Shown here: one piece after another, positions 1 to 9,526 of the stretch
How positions within the stretch are numbered: position 1 is the stretch's first letter
Layout of the letters: every line of letters begins with the position of its first letter
Assembly (NCBI GenBank): GCA_965248755.1
Contig: OZ252149.1
Location: 2,496,001 to 2,560,000, forward strand
DNA: 64,000 bases
Origin: Candidatus Latescibacterota bacterium
Lineage (GTDB): Bacteria; Latescibacterota; CBDEFO01
Direction of reading: 5' to 3'
The notes under the pieces: generated by a model
Seen by the model: the letters and a program-made list of their open reading frames with translations, nothing else
Database searches by the model: none
Told to the model about the DNA's origin: nothing
Program-made: the position numbers and the translations under genes

Positions 1-816
1 GGGGCAGATAAGCTAAAACTTCTTCTGGAATCATCAGATGAAGACCTGAGAAGTGCCCTTGAGGAGGGCATGGCAGGAATCAGTTTTGTCCAATTTGTGG
101 ATAGCGGGAGACATTTTGATCAGCGTCTGATACTCAGCAAATTCGCAGATGGCCTGCAGGCTGCCTTAACTCTGGACGGAGTACCGAGTGAACCGATCAC
201 GGGTGCCGATGTAGCTGGCCTGGTGGATGCACTGCGGCCCCATCTGGAGAACGCCTATGCTATCAAATTCCTTGCCAATCTGGATAATCCGGCGCCGCCG
301 TTCAAGGTGTCGGTGTGGGCGAACAGAGCTGGCACTGAAACAGAGGACCTGGATAAGGCTCCTGATGAGAAGTTCGTACAGGCCAGATTGGGCGACGTAA
401 TCCGATTTAACTTCCGGGCGGAGAGGGACTGTTATCTGACCATGATCAACGTGGGCACCAGCGGTAAGATCACAGTGCTCTTTCCCAATGAATATCGTCC
501 TGATGGACGCATCGAGGGCGATATAGTCTATAGGACGGGGACTAAGGGAGAGATGCCTTTCAATATCCGGGCAAAGGGACCGGCTGGCCGGGAACTGGTC
601 AAGGTCATTGCCACTCTGGAGCCTTTAAATTTGTCCAGTCTGAGCCTGGGCGAGGAGGGTGGACTGGGTACTCGCATCATAGAATCCGGCAGTAGCTTTG
701 TCCAGCAATTAGCGCGCGATTTAGAAGTCGAGGGATTGGAAGATGAAAATATAACACTTTTGCCCACAGATAGTTGGGTTACGGACTATATGATCATCGA
801 GACAAGTAGACAGTAA
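1..816 (+). CDS. DUF4384-domain protein, 5'-partial (possibly C-terminus of a caspase-like protein)
   Basis: Frame is open from base 1 into the 70..816 ORF; motif GDVIRFNFRAERDCYLTMINVGTSGKITVLFPN..GPAGRELVKVIAT matches the DUF4384 pattern. Confidence 0.7.
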   Translation, partial: GADKLKLLLESSDEDLRSALEEGMAGISFVQFVDSGRHFDQRLILSKFADGLQAALTLDGVPSEPITGADVAGLVDALRPHLENAYAIKFLANLDNPAPPFKVSVWANRAGTETEDLDKAPDEKFVQARLGDVIRFNFRAERDCYLTMINVGTSGKITVLFPNEYRPDGRIEGDIVYRTGTKGEMPFNIRAKGPAGRELVKVIATLEPLNLSSLSLGEEGGLGTRIIESGSSFVQQLARDLEVEGLEDENITLLPTDSWVTDYMIIETSRQ

Positions 817-851
817 ACAGGGCACCACCTGCCATCCCTGTATGTTGTCTA
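806..851. repeat. GTAGACAG..CAGGGCA..CCCTG..CTGTCTAC hairpin family, reference copy; others near 4157, 5553, 5640, 19138, 50786, 52420, 52801, 62077 and 62293
   Basis: Recurrent nested inverted arms GTAGACA/TGTCTAC and CAGGG/CCCTG at gene ends. Confidence 0.75.
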
Positions 852-872
852 CTTATACATAAGGAGGTTGTT

Positions 873-1775
873 ATGCTAAAGATTAATAATTGGATCGGAG
901 CCATTATGATGGTTCTGATTTCCATCATATTTATATCCGAGGTGAGGGCTGAGGATGCGCTCGCGTTTGTGACTGATGTGAAAGGTGAGGCTACCCTAAA
1001 GCGTGCGGATGGGACAAAGGAACCAGCGACAATAGGTAGCCAGCTTTTTAACGGGGATGAAATCGAGGTAACCAAGGACGCGGCGGTTCTAATCTATCTT
1101 TCGGGACGTAGCCTGGAGGTGAAAGCCGGAGAGTCTCACAAGGTGCAAAAGGAGGGAACCGGCGAGTCCTCGGCGCTGATGGGACGCCTAATGGGCACTC
1201 TAAGTGAAATGGCCGGCCCCCAGAGCGAGGCGGACCGCCCGGTGGTACACGGTATGGCCCGTAATATCGGTGTGACGGGTGCGTTGCCCACCAATACCAA
1301 GGTCAGCCGGAGCGATTTCAATTTTACCTGGGATGCGCTGGAGGAGGTTGAGGTGTATGTGTTTACCCTGGAATCCCACGACGGGAAGGTTTTGGCGAGC
1401 CATACCGTGAAGGGCACCGAGTTTTCCTCCAAATCTTTGAACCTTCAGCCCGGGGTGCGCTATCTTTGGAGCTTGAAAGAAGCTGACTCATTAATGCCGC
1501 GTAGTTCTGAGAAAAGCTGGGTCGATATCGCCTCGAAGAAAGACGCCGAGGGATTGGGAAAGTCTCTTAAGGAGATCGAGAAGAACTACAGTGGCAAGAC
1601 GCAATTATTGTTGAAAGCTACAGCCTACTATGAGGAAGAGTGCTATTACGAAGCAGAGCGCACCTTGTTAGAGTTGAAAGGTAAGGAGGATCTTACTCCC
1701 ACGATACAGGAGATGCTGATGTCGCTCTACGCTAAGATGGGACGCTGGGAGCTCTTGCCCTCTCCTGAGAAATAA
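873..1775 (+). CDS. Secreted FecR-like N-terminal domain protein with Ig/FN3-like and helical C-terminal part
   Basis: Signal peptide; AFVTDVKGEATLKR..GSQLFNGDEIEV pattern; strong RBS AAGGAGG. Confidence 0.55.
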   Translation: MLKINNWIGAIMMVLISIIFISEVRAEDALAFVTDVKGEATLKRADGTKEPATIGSQLFNGDEIEVTKDAAVLIYLSGRSLEVKAGESHKVQKEGTGESSALMGRLMGTLSEMAGPQSEADRPVVHGMARNIGVTGALPTNTKVSRSDFNFTWDALEEVEVYVFTLESHDGKVLASHTVKGTEFSSKSLNLQPGVRYLWSLKEADSLMPRSSEKSWVDIASKKDAEGLGKSLKEIEKNYSGKTQLLLKATAYYEEECYYEAERTLLELKGKEDLTPTIQEMLMSLYAKMGRWELLPSPEK

Positions 1776-1785
1776 GGATACTATA

Positions 1786-4173
1786 ATGGCACGCTTGGCT
1801 TCTCGATCCAGACTGACTGTCTTTGCGATGGCTCTGGTTATTGCTTACGTGTCCGGCCTGGCAGCTTATCTACTGGATTTCTTAGGTCCGGTGCATAATT
1901 CGGAATTGGGCACGCTTGACTGGCGTTTTCTTTTCCGCGGACCCGTGGGCGAGAAACCGCAGGAGATCGCGCTGGTAATAGTGGGTGAAGCGGCTGAACT
2001 CCCCTACTGGGCGCCGGTGCCGCGTGAACACTTAGCCAGGGTCATCCGCAGTGTGCACCAGGGCGGTGCGAAGCTGATCGGAGTCGATTTCTATTTAGGG
2101 GCACGGTCTTTCGATGCTGTTGGAGATTCGCTCCTGAAAGAAGCGATCCGTACGGCAGGAAACGTAGTGCTCGTATCATATCTTGAACGGGATTCGGAGA
2201 GTGAATTACACGAATATCTTCCCACACCCTATTTTCTGGACGAAGCGCTGGATTACGGGTACGCCACTTTCTTTACGGGAACAGATGTAGAGGCGGTGCG
2301 GGAAGGTGCCGTCGCGGTGGAAATCGAGGGGGTGCATGCCCTATCTCTGGCCGGATGCCTCTACTCCTATGCGCAGAAATTGTCCACCGAAGAGATCCGG
2401 AAGCTGGATTGGAGGAAGCCGCACGATGGCTTACCCGGAAGCAGGAACGATTATAAGAGGATTATAGATTACAACGGGCCGCCGTTCCAGTATTACCTGG
2501 ATCTGGATCGTGAGATACCAGGTGGCATCGCTGCCTTTCAGAGTCATCAGGTGGCCGCGCTGCCGCCTGTATTAGCGGAAAGGTTCTTCAAGGATAAGAT
2601 TGTTCTTTTAGGGTCTGGACTCTCCGATGCCCCCGATCTCTATCGTACATCGTTTTTTTCAAAACGCTACAATTTTGAGAAGACCTTCGGTGTGGAGATC
2701 CATGCCCAGTTGCTGCGGACTTTGCTATCTGGGCAGCCCCTGGTGAAATCGGGTTTCTTTCTTTCGTGGTTCTTAATATTGCTTCCGGCTTTTCTGTCCG
2801 CGCTGGTCGCTGTTCGTCTCCGCCCTTATTGGGCACTGCCCTTAACGCTTGTGGATATCGTGCTCTTTTGGTGGCTCGGGTTTTATCTCTTTTCTGCTCA
2901 TCGTCTCATTGTGCCCCTGCTAATGCCCACTTTGTCCTGTGGCTTTGCATGCCTGTTCGGCCTGATCTACGTAGGATCTACGGATGGCAGGCGCAAAAAC
3001 GAGGTACGTGATCGCTTCGGACCTATGATGAGTTCTGCAAAGTTGCGGGAAATACTTGAACAACCGGAGGCCTGGTCGACCGAAGGAGAGGAGCGGATCG
3101 TCTCGGTACTCTGGGTTCGTTTGCTTATCCCCCAAGAAGATCGAAGCCATCGTTCAGCGCGCGACGCGGTCGTCTTCTTCCAGGATTACTGGAGCCAGAC
3201 CTCCGAGATTATCTTCAAGCACGGTGGTACGATCTTCCGTTATGAAGAGGAAGCCATCGCGGCGGTTTTTGGTGCACCTTTATCCCAAAAGGAGCATACC
3301 TATCAGGCGGCTATGGCGGCGATTGATATAATGGAAAACTGGCTGGCATTCAGGAAAATAAAGGGGTATGATGCCTGGGAGCTTTCCCTGGGAGCCGATA
3401 TGGGACGCGCCTTTGTGGGTGAGTTGGGAGGCGACGAACACTACGCCTACCGTGTTTTAGGTAGAACGGTTGACAGTGCGAAAGCCTTAGCAGAAGACGC
3501 AGAAGATCAGGGGGAGAAAGGAGAAATACGTACCAGCCAGGAATTTTTAGATCAGGTTGGGAATCAAGTGGAATCCTCACTGGTAGGTAAGATACAAGGA
3601 CAGTCCATCTATCAGATAAGGGGTCGAGCCTCTGCGCCGCCAATTGGCGCTGCTGATCGACCCGCCAATCTCTTCTGGAAGTATCTCGGGTTGGACCGCT
3701 TTCAAAAAGATCCTGTTTCGGAGGATCTGCTATCTGGGCTTACGCTCTTTTCTGATTTCAACCGTCGGAATCTCCGCCGCATCCGCCCGATACTCTACCA
3801 CCGCACCTATAAGGCAGGTGAACGCATCTTCACTCAGGGCGAGGTGGGAAGTGGCATGTATATCATCCAGACCGGCACAGTGGACATCTTGCAGGAAACC
3901 GACGACGGCCGGTCGTCCCAGTTGCTCCAGCGTCTTTCTGTTGGCGACTTCTTTGGAGAATTAGCTCTCTTGAGCGACCTTCGCCGTCCAGCGTCAGCAG
4001 TCGCTTACGAGCCTTGTGAACTTTTGGTGCTCTTTCAAGCGGATCTCTACGACCTGATCGAACGAGAGCCGGAATTGGGAGTGCGACTGATCCGTTCTCT
4101 TTCACGGATCACCGGTGAGCGCCTTATCCAGATTAATGAGGAACTGATCAAGAAAGTAGACAGTAGTCGGTAG
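1786..4173 (+). CDS. CHASE2 sensor + degenerate class III nucleotide cyclase + cNMP-binding domain
   Basis: CHASE2 motifs (LDWRF, GAKLIGVDF, KIVLLGS, FGVEIHA), 3 TM helices, cyclase-like region lacking both metal-binding Asp, C-terminal GDFFGELALL..RPASA. Confidence 0.85.
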   Translation: MARLASRSRLTVFAMALVIAYVSGLAAYLLDFLGPVHNSELGTLDWRFLFRGPVGEKPQEIALVIVGEAAELPYWAPVPREHLARVIRSVHQGGAKLIGVDFYLGARSFDAVGDSLLKEAIRTAGNVVLVSYLERDSESELHEYLPTPYFLDEALDYGYATFFTGTDVEAVREGAVAVEIEGVHALSLAGCLYSYAQKLSTEEIRKLDWRKPHDGLPGSRNDYKRIIDYNGPPFQYYLDLDREIPGGIAAFQSHQVAALPPVLAERFFKDKIVLLGSGLSDAPDLYRTSFFSKRYNFEKTFGVEIHAQLLRTLLSGQPLVKSGFFLSWFLILLPAFLSALVAVRLRPYWALPLTLVDIVLFWWLGFYLFSAHRLIVPLLMPTLSCGFACLFGLIYVGSTDGRRKNEVRDRFGPMMSSAKLREILEQPEAWSTEGEERIVSVLWVRLLIPQEDRSHRSARDAVVFFQDYWSQTSEIIFKHGGTIFRYEEEAIAAVFGAPLSQKEHTYQAAMAAIDIMENWLAFRKIKGYDAWELSLGADMGRAFVGELGGDEHYAYRVLGRTVDSAKALAEDAEDQGEKGEIRTSQEFLDQVGNQVESSLVGKIQGQSIYQIRGRASAPPIGAADRPANLFWKYLGLDRFQKDPVSEDLLSGLTLFSDFNRRNLRRIRPILYHRTYKAGERIFTQGEVGSGMYIIQTGTVDILQETDDGRSSQLLQRLSVGDFFGELALLSDLRRPASAVAYEPCELLVLFQADLYDLIEREPELGVRLIRSLSRITGERLIQINEELIKKVDSSR

Positions 4174-4272
4174 ACAGGGTACTGCCTCACCTCCCTGTAT
4201 GCTGTTTACTTCAAAGTGCTCGCTCTACTGTGACGGTGAAGAAAGGAGCAACAAACTAACCCTTGTTGAAAA

Positions 4273-4497
4273 ATGAAGGAAGTTGAAACTAACACAAGGT
4301 GTATTGGTAGCCATTATGAGGAACTAAAGAGAAAATATCCTGATGAATGGGTTGCTGCACGTAACAAATCTGTTGTAGAACACGGTAAGGATTTACCATC
4401 TCTTGTGGAGACTTTAAAAAAGCACTATCCAGAGGACTACAAGCAGATTGCTGTGTAATATATCGGCACTGAAGAGGTTCATCTGATACCGTTTTGA
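4273..4497 (+). pseudogene. DUF5678-like small protein, probably interrupted by an in-frame TAA at 4456-4458
   Basis: ELKRKYPDEWVA..VVEHGKDL pattern; frame continues YIGTEEVHLIPF after the stop. Confidence 0.5.
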
Positions 4498-4519
4498 TTA
4501 CGGATGAGGATATGGCAGG

Positions 4520-5614
4520 ATGAAATTAGTTTCCTTTATTGGAAGATTGATGGTGGCTGTTGTCATTCTATTGGCTCTCTATGCCCTGGGATGGTCTTTT
4601 AGTCATATCGGGACCGTTATTCGTGCGATGGCTGTTGCCTGCCTGGCCGCCTATCTGGTGAACCCTATCGTCAAACGCCTCCAGAGCCGGGGCTTAAGCC
4701 GGGATATGGCTATCGCCGCTGTGTTTTTGGCCTTCTTCACAGCTCTGACTGTGACGTTCTATCTTCTGGTTCCCATAGCCCAACGTCAAATTGTCCAGAT
4801 CGGGGTGCAGTTGCAGGATTTTGCCTCCCAAAGCGACGAACACATCTCCCGTTTGCAGGTTATACTTGAGAAGGAGTTGCCTGTCAGTTTTATGAAGGAT
4901 CAGGATCTGGAGATTTGGCTCGGGGACGGACTTGAAAAGCTATCAAGTGGTGCGATCTCGCTGGCGACTTCCCTCCTTCTCGGTGTAGCTTCCAACCTTA
5001 TCTATGTATTTCTGTTCCCTTTAATCATCTTCCTGCTGTTGCGTGATGCTCCACATTTTTATTACCAGATCATCAACATAATGCCTAACCGTTATTTCGA
5101 GGTGATTCACCGTTTGATTAATGGCGTAGACGACCAATTAGGAGGTTATATGCGAGGAGTGATGGTGGTGGCGTTCTGTGTGGGGGTGGTAACTACCGTT
5201 GGTCTATGGATTTGCGGTCTGAACTATTTCTTTGTAATCGGCCCTTTGATGGGATTGTTGAACATCATTCCCATATTCGGTCCCATAATCGGCATGGTGA
5301 TCGCGGCCCTGGCTATTGTTTTCCAGACTGGAGAACTGGGTTCCATTATCGGTCCAATCCTGGTGGGAATAACAGCCCAGATGCTCGATAATGTGGCCTT
5401 CACGCCGATTGCGGTCTCCCGCTCGGTGGATCTGCACCCCCTGCTGGTACTGCTGATGACATTGATCGGAGGTGAATTATTTGGTCTGGTTGGACTTTTG
5501 CTTGCCGTACCTGCTACAGCTACGGTCAAAGTCATCTGGCAGGCCATACAGGAGGCAAGGCAGAGCACTGCCTCCTCCCTGACACTGTCTCCCCAAGTGG
5601 AGAGTAATCAGTAG
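4520..5614 (+). CDS. AI-2E (PerM/UPF0118) family transporter
   Basis: AYLVNPIV, LGGYMRG, NIIPIFGP, LHPLLVLL..GGELFGLVGLLLAVP. Confidence 0.9.
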   Translation: MKLVSFIGRLMVAVVILLALYALGWSFSHIGTVIRAMAVACLAAYLVNPIVKRLQSRGLSRDMAIAAVFLAFFTALTVTFYLLVPIAQRQIVQIGVQLQDFASQSDEHISRLQVILEKELPVSFMKDQDLEIWLGDGLEKLSSGAISLATSLLLGVASNLIYVFLFPLIIFLLLRDAPHFYYQIINIMPNRYFEVIHRLINGVDDQLGGYMRGVMVVAFCVGVVTTVGLWICGLNYFFVIGPLMGLLNIIPIFGPIIGMVIAALAIVFQTGELGSIIGPILVGITAQMLDNVAFTPIAVSRSVDLHPLLVLLMTLIGGELFGLVGLLLAVPATATVKVIWQAIQEARQSTASSLTLSPQVESNQ

Positions 5615-5728
5615 AGCCCCCGATTGAATCTATCAGGGGTAGAACAGGGCACTGCCTCCCGTCCCTGATTGCTGTCTACTTATTCGGGGGACCCTTGAGA
5701 GCAGATTTTCTTAAATACTCCAGGAGCA

Positions 5729-7567
5729 TTGGCCATTTTGTTCAAACGCCCAATCGTCACTCTTTTGATCGCATCAAGCGCGGTGTTATGGAGCGGGTTG
5801 GCCAGTTTTACCAGTCCCTTCAAAAACTTCGAGGAACGTACCGTAGACTGGCGTTTTCTTTTTCGGGGACCGCGCGGCGAAAGAGCACCTGAGATTGTCC
5901 TTGTTCTTATTGAAGAGGAAGCCGATCTTGATTATCGCTCGCCTATTCCTCGTAAGCATCTTGCCGAAATTATCGAAACGCTTTCTGAAGCGAAGCTTAT
6001 CGGTCTCGATATTTTTCTGGATAAACCCTCCTTTGATAAAGAGGGAGATGCTCGGCTGAAACGAGCAATCGAGCAAAACCATCGGGTTATTGGAGTATCC
6101 TTCATCGGTGGTGGGCAGGAGCATAAGCTGCATCCTTATTTCAGAGATGCTTTGCTGGATTTTGGGTACGCCACTTTTTCCACGGGTGCCGACCTGGAAG
6201 TGATCCGCAAAGGCACTGTTGCATGGGATCTTAAGGATGAAAGATCGCTTTCTCTGGCCGGCTGTATCTACGCCCACTATATGGGATTGGATGCGGAGCT
6301 TCTGCGTTCTGGGACCACCGTCAGTCTGCCCGGAGGAATCCCTGTTGGCGGCAGTTTCCCCATTAACTTTTCTGGACCGCCTGCCGAAGTCTATCGCCGC
6401 ACTTCTGATGAGCTACCAGGAGGATTTACGGTATGTCCCAGCCATCTCTTAATTTCAGGAATCTACCCCAGTGCGGTCTTTAAAGAAAAAATTGTCCTGA
6501 TCGGGTCCGGTCTGGACGACACGCCGGACCGCTTTCGCACACCTTTTTTCGCCTCTTCTTTCGGTTACGAAAAGATGCTCGGTGTAGAAGTCCACGCCCA
6601 TTCCTTGCGGACACTTCTATCGGGAGAGCACCTAAAGTCGTGGGGAGAAGGTTTAAGTTTCCTATCCATTTTTGTCCTTGCTTTGGTTATAGCTTGGGCC
6701 GTCTTATATACCGACACCCTCAAGAGCGCCGGTGTGCTGATTATCTCGCTGATGGGTTTATGGGTCATCGGTTTCATCCTGTTTAGCCAACGCGATATGT
6801 TGCTACCGCTGGTCCTTCCGTCTTTAGGAATGCTCTGCTCTTACGGCATCGCGACCGCCTATTATGCGTTGACCGAAGGTCGGGAAAAACGGCGCACGCG
6901 CCGACTCTTTGAGAAATATCTGTCTCCGGATGTTATCCACGAATTTCTCCAGGACCCGACCAATTGGGAACTCGGGGGCAAAAGCGTGGATATCACCGTG
7001 ATGTTTGCCGACTTGGAAGGATTTACACCGCTTTCTGAGAGCCTCACTCCCGAAGATATGGTATCTCTGATCAACAAGTATTTCACCCAAATGTCGGCTA
7101 TTATCCTGCAACACAGTGGAACCATTGACAAATACGAAGGAGATCTCATCATGGCCTTTTTCGGCGCCCCTCTGCCTCAAGAAGATCATGCGGTACGGTC
7201 CTGCCGTGCCGCCCTACAGATGCAAGAGGCAATAGTCTTATTGAACCAGCGTTGGGATGCCCAAGGTTACCCTGAGCTGCGCGTACGGATCGGTTTGCAC
7301 AGTGGCCAAGCCGTGGTTGGTAATATGGGATCTGATTTTCGTTTTAATTACACCGCAATGGGGGATACCGTGAATTTAGCTGCACGGCTCGAGAAGGCCA
7401 ATAAAGAATTCGGGACATATACCCTGATTAGCCAAGCGACACGGGCTCAGGCTGGAAATGGATTCCGTTATCGCAGTTTAGGGGAAATTAAGGTGAGGGG
7501 TAGGAGTGAATCAACTACAGTGTATGAACTGCTGCCAGCAGCGGACAGAGAAAACTCTCAAGCCTGA
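5729..7567 (+). CDS. CHASE2-domain adenylate cyclase (class III)
   Basis: Intact MFADLEGFT, IDKYEGD, YTAMGDTVNLAARLE; Lys/Thr specificity residues indicate ATP. Confidence 0.9.
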   Translation: MAILFKRPIVTLLIASSAVLWSGLASFTSPFKNFEERTVDWRFLFRGPRGERAPEIVLVLIEEEADLDYRSPIPRKHLAEIIETLSEAKLIGLDIFLDKPSFDKEGDARLKRAIEQNHRVIGVSFIGGGQEHKLHPYFRDALLDFGYATFSTGADLEVIRKGTVAWDLKDERSLSLAGCIYAHYMGLDAELLRSGTTVSLPGGIPVGGSFPINFSGPPAEVYRRTSDELPGGFTVCPSHLLISGIYPSAVFKEKIVLIGSGLDDTPDRFRTPFFASSFGYEKMLGVEVHAHSLRTLLSGEHLKSWGEGLSFLSIFVLALVIAWAVLYTDTLKSAGVLIISLMGLWVIGFILFSQRDMLLPLVLPSLGMLCSYGIATAYYALTEGREKRRTRRLFEKYLSPDVIHEFLQDPTNWELGGKSVDITVMFADLEGFTPLSESLTPEDMVSLINKYFTQMSAIILQHSGTIDKYEGDLIMAFFGAPLPQEDHAVRSCRAALQMQEAIVLLNQRWDAQGYPELRVRIGLHSGQAVVGNMGSDFRFNYTAMGDTVNLAARLEKANKEFGTYTLISQATRAQAGNGFRYRSLGEIKVRGRSESTTVYELLPAADRENSQA

Positions 7568-7646
7568 GTTTAGTAGTAGAAGCTATTTCCAGAAGAGACG
7601 CTTGCGAATCAAAACTTATTGGTAAAGCCTATCAGATAATGGAGGT

Positions 7647-7867
7647 ATGGCTATGAGATCTTGGATACGGAGGAGCATTTCCATTCTATCTGTGGTGCTT
7701 CTTTTCTTGCCCTTATATAACGCAGAGGGCAAGGAGGAGGTACCGGTCCTGCGGGTTTTGCAGCCAGTCGTTTCTGAAGGCGATACTGTCCAGCACGCCG
7801 GCTCGTCTTTGCGAATCGCGGGGATTGCTTGGGCCGAAGGCGGAATCGCCCAGGTAACGGTAAATAA
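7647..7867 (+). pseudogene. N-terminal fragment of a secreted Ig-like domain protein, truncated by an IS21-family end
   Basis: RBS, signal peptide and LRIAGIAWAEGGIAQVTVN run directly into an IS21-like terminus at about 7868. Confidence 0.55.
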
Positions 7868-8044
7868 TGGAAATGGCGGAGTAAAAGTGAGACGGTTGGC
7901 GGTTGAATATTGTGACACTCGATTATTAATTTAGACGCAATATTATGTCATGTCAATCGCTTATATGTCTTGGTTAAGTACTAGTAGATGTTTTTCTCTT
8001 TTGCTCCCTCCGGAGAGGGTGGCCAATTCATTATTGCTATAGAT

Positions 8045-8839
8045 CTACTCAGTTTGGTGATGTGATGTTTTTGCAGTTCGGGGTTTTGTTTGTTTTTTAG
8101 CCTGCCGCAGGCGGTAGCTTTCTCCATTGGCCTCCAGTATATGGCATCTGTGTGTAAGACGATCCAGGAGAGCGCCGGTTAATCGCTCAGAGCCAAAGAC
8201 CTCGATCCATTCATCAAAGGACAGGTTAGACGTGACCATGAGGCTATGATGCTCATACGCCTGGCTTATCACCTCGAACAGGAGTTCAGCCCCTGTTTTG
8301 GTAAAAGGAACATATCTCAATTCATCAAGAACAAGTACCTTAAGTCGCTGCAGTTGTTTCTGAAGTCTTTGCAGCCTCCTTTCTTCTCGGCATTCCAGTA
8401 ACTCTGTGACCAATTTGGTGACAGTAAAAAAGCGGACTTTTCGTCCCTGTGTACACGCGGCAAAGGCTAAGGCACATGCCAGATGTGTCTTGCCGGCACC
8501 GGGATTTCCAATGAGCAGAACATTTTCCTTTTTGTCGATGTACTCACCCCTCATCAGTTCTCGAATCAACGGTTCATTGAGAGAGGGTTGCACCTTGAAG
8601 TCATATGTGTCCATAGTTTTGATTACAGGGAAGTCAGCTTCTCTGACCCGTCTCTCTGCGGCTCTTTTTTCCCGGTCCAGTAGCTCCCTTTCCGCAAGGC
8701 GCATTAGATAGGTTTGGTAATCAGAACCATCGTTTCGGTATACTATAGCCATGGATGCGTATTCCCCGAGGATCGTTGGCAGCTTCAGTTTCTTCAAATA
8801 GTACTCTATTAGGACAGCTGGTTTATCTTTTTCATTCAT
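8045..8839 (-). CDS. istB: IS21-family helper ATPase IstB
   Basis: Walker A GNPGAGKT, LVLDELRYVP (usually DELGY), TSNL..W, ALLDRLTH, GESYRL. Confidence 0.9.
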   Translation of the reverse strand: MNEKDKPAVLIEYYLKKLKLPTILGEYASMAIVYRNDGSDYQTYLMRLAERELLDREKRAAERRVREADFPVIKTMDTYDFKVQPSLNEPLIRELMRGEYIDKKENVLLIGNPGAGKTHLACALAFAACTQGRKVRFFTVTKLVTELLECREERRLQRLQKQLQRLKVLVLDELRYVPFTKTGAELLFEVISQAYEHHSLMVTSNLSFDEWIEVFGSERLTGALLDRLTHRCHILEANGESYRLRQAKKQTKPRTAKTSHHQTE

Positions 8840-9526
8840 GCCGCACCTCCGTCAGACAAGAGTAAGCTATACGCCGATATATCCGGCTTGTCTACTTGTA
8901 CTCGACGAAGATGTTCGCAGCCGTCAAGGTTAAACGTTGTAAGTCCGAGTGATGGCCGGGGAATAAGGAACTGGGCAATGGCATCTCTGCTGTGGGCTCG
9001 TATGCATACGCCCTTTTCAACTGCCCGTTTGAGTTTGGCCACGGGATAGTCTTCCAGAAGTCGGAGTACCCTGATAAATTCCCTGATTCCATATCCTTCT
9101 TTTTCTTCCTCTGCAACCAACCGCCGGCGTAACGTGTCAAAACATTCCGGTAGATTCAGCTCTGCCCATCGGACGAGCGTCATCAAGTGACCCCGGCTTT
9201 CGTTCCAACAGAGGAAGATAATGGACGTAATCAAAAAAGATTCCCTGCTTGCCCCATGACCGTTTATGTTCAGCAACTATAGTTGCTATATGACAGAGAA
9301 CAACACGATCAAAATAACCTTTGGCCAGTATCTCATGATGGGCATAAGCAACCGGCACAGAATAGTCATTGTCGTCAAACCTGACAAGAGATAAGGTATT
9401 GGCCCTGGTCGGATGTTTCCTACACGCGTCAAAGGGAGAGGGCAGCAAAGGGATAAAAGCAGCCTGATCTTCAAACAGAAGTTCCGCTTAAGTTCCAGTC
9501 TGGCCCCGAAGACTGCGCTTCATATC
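8836..9526 (-). pseudogene. istA: IS21-family transposase IstA, 3' part with frameshifts
   Basis: LVRFDDNDYSVP..HYLPLLERKPGSLDDARP split across three minus-strand frames; overlaps the istB start. Confidence 0.85.

Larger units (their letters stand above)
7868..9526 (-). mobile_element. Truncated IS21-family element
   Basis: IS21-like end TGGAAATGGCGGAGTAAAAGTGAGACGGTTGGCGG with internal repeats, istB and fragmented istA; cut by IS256 at 9527. Confidence 0.75.
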
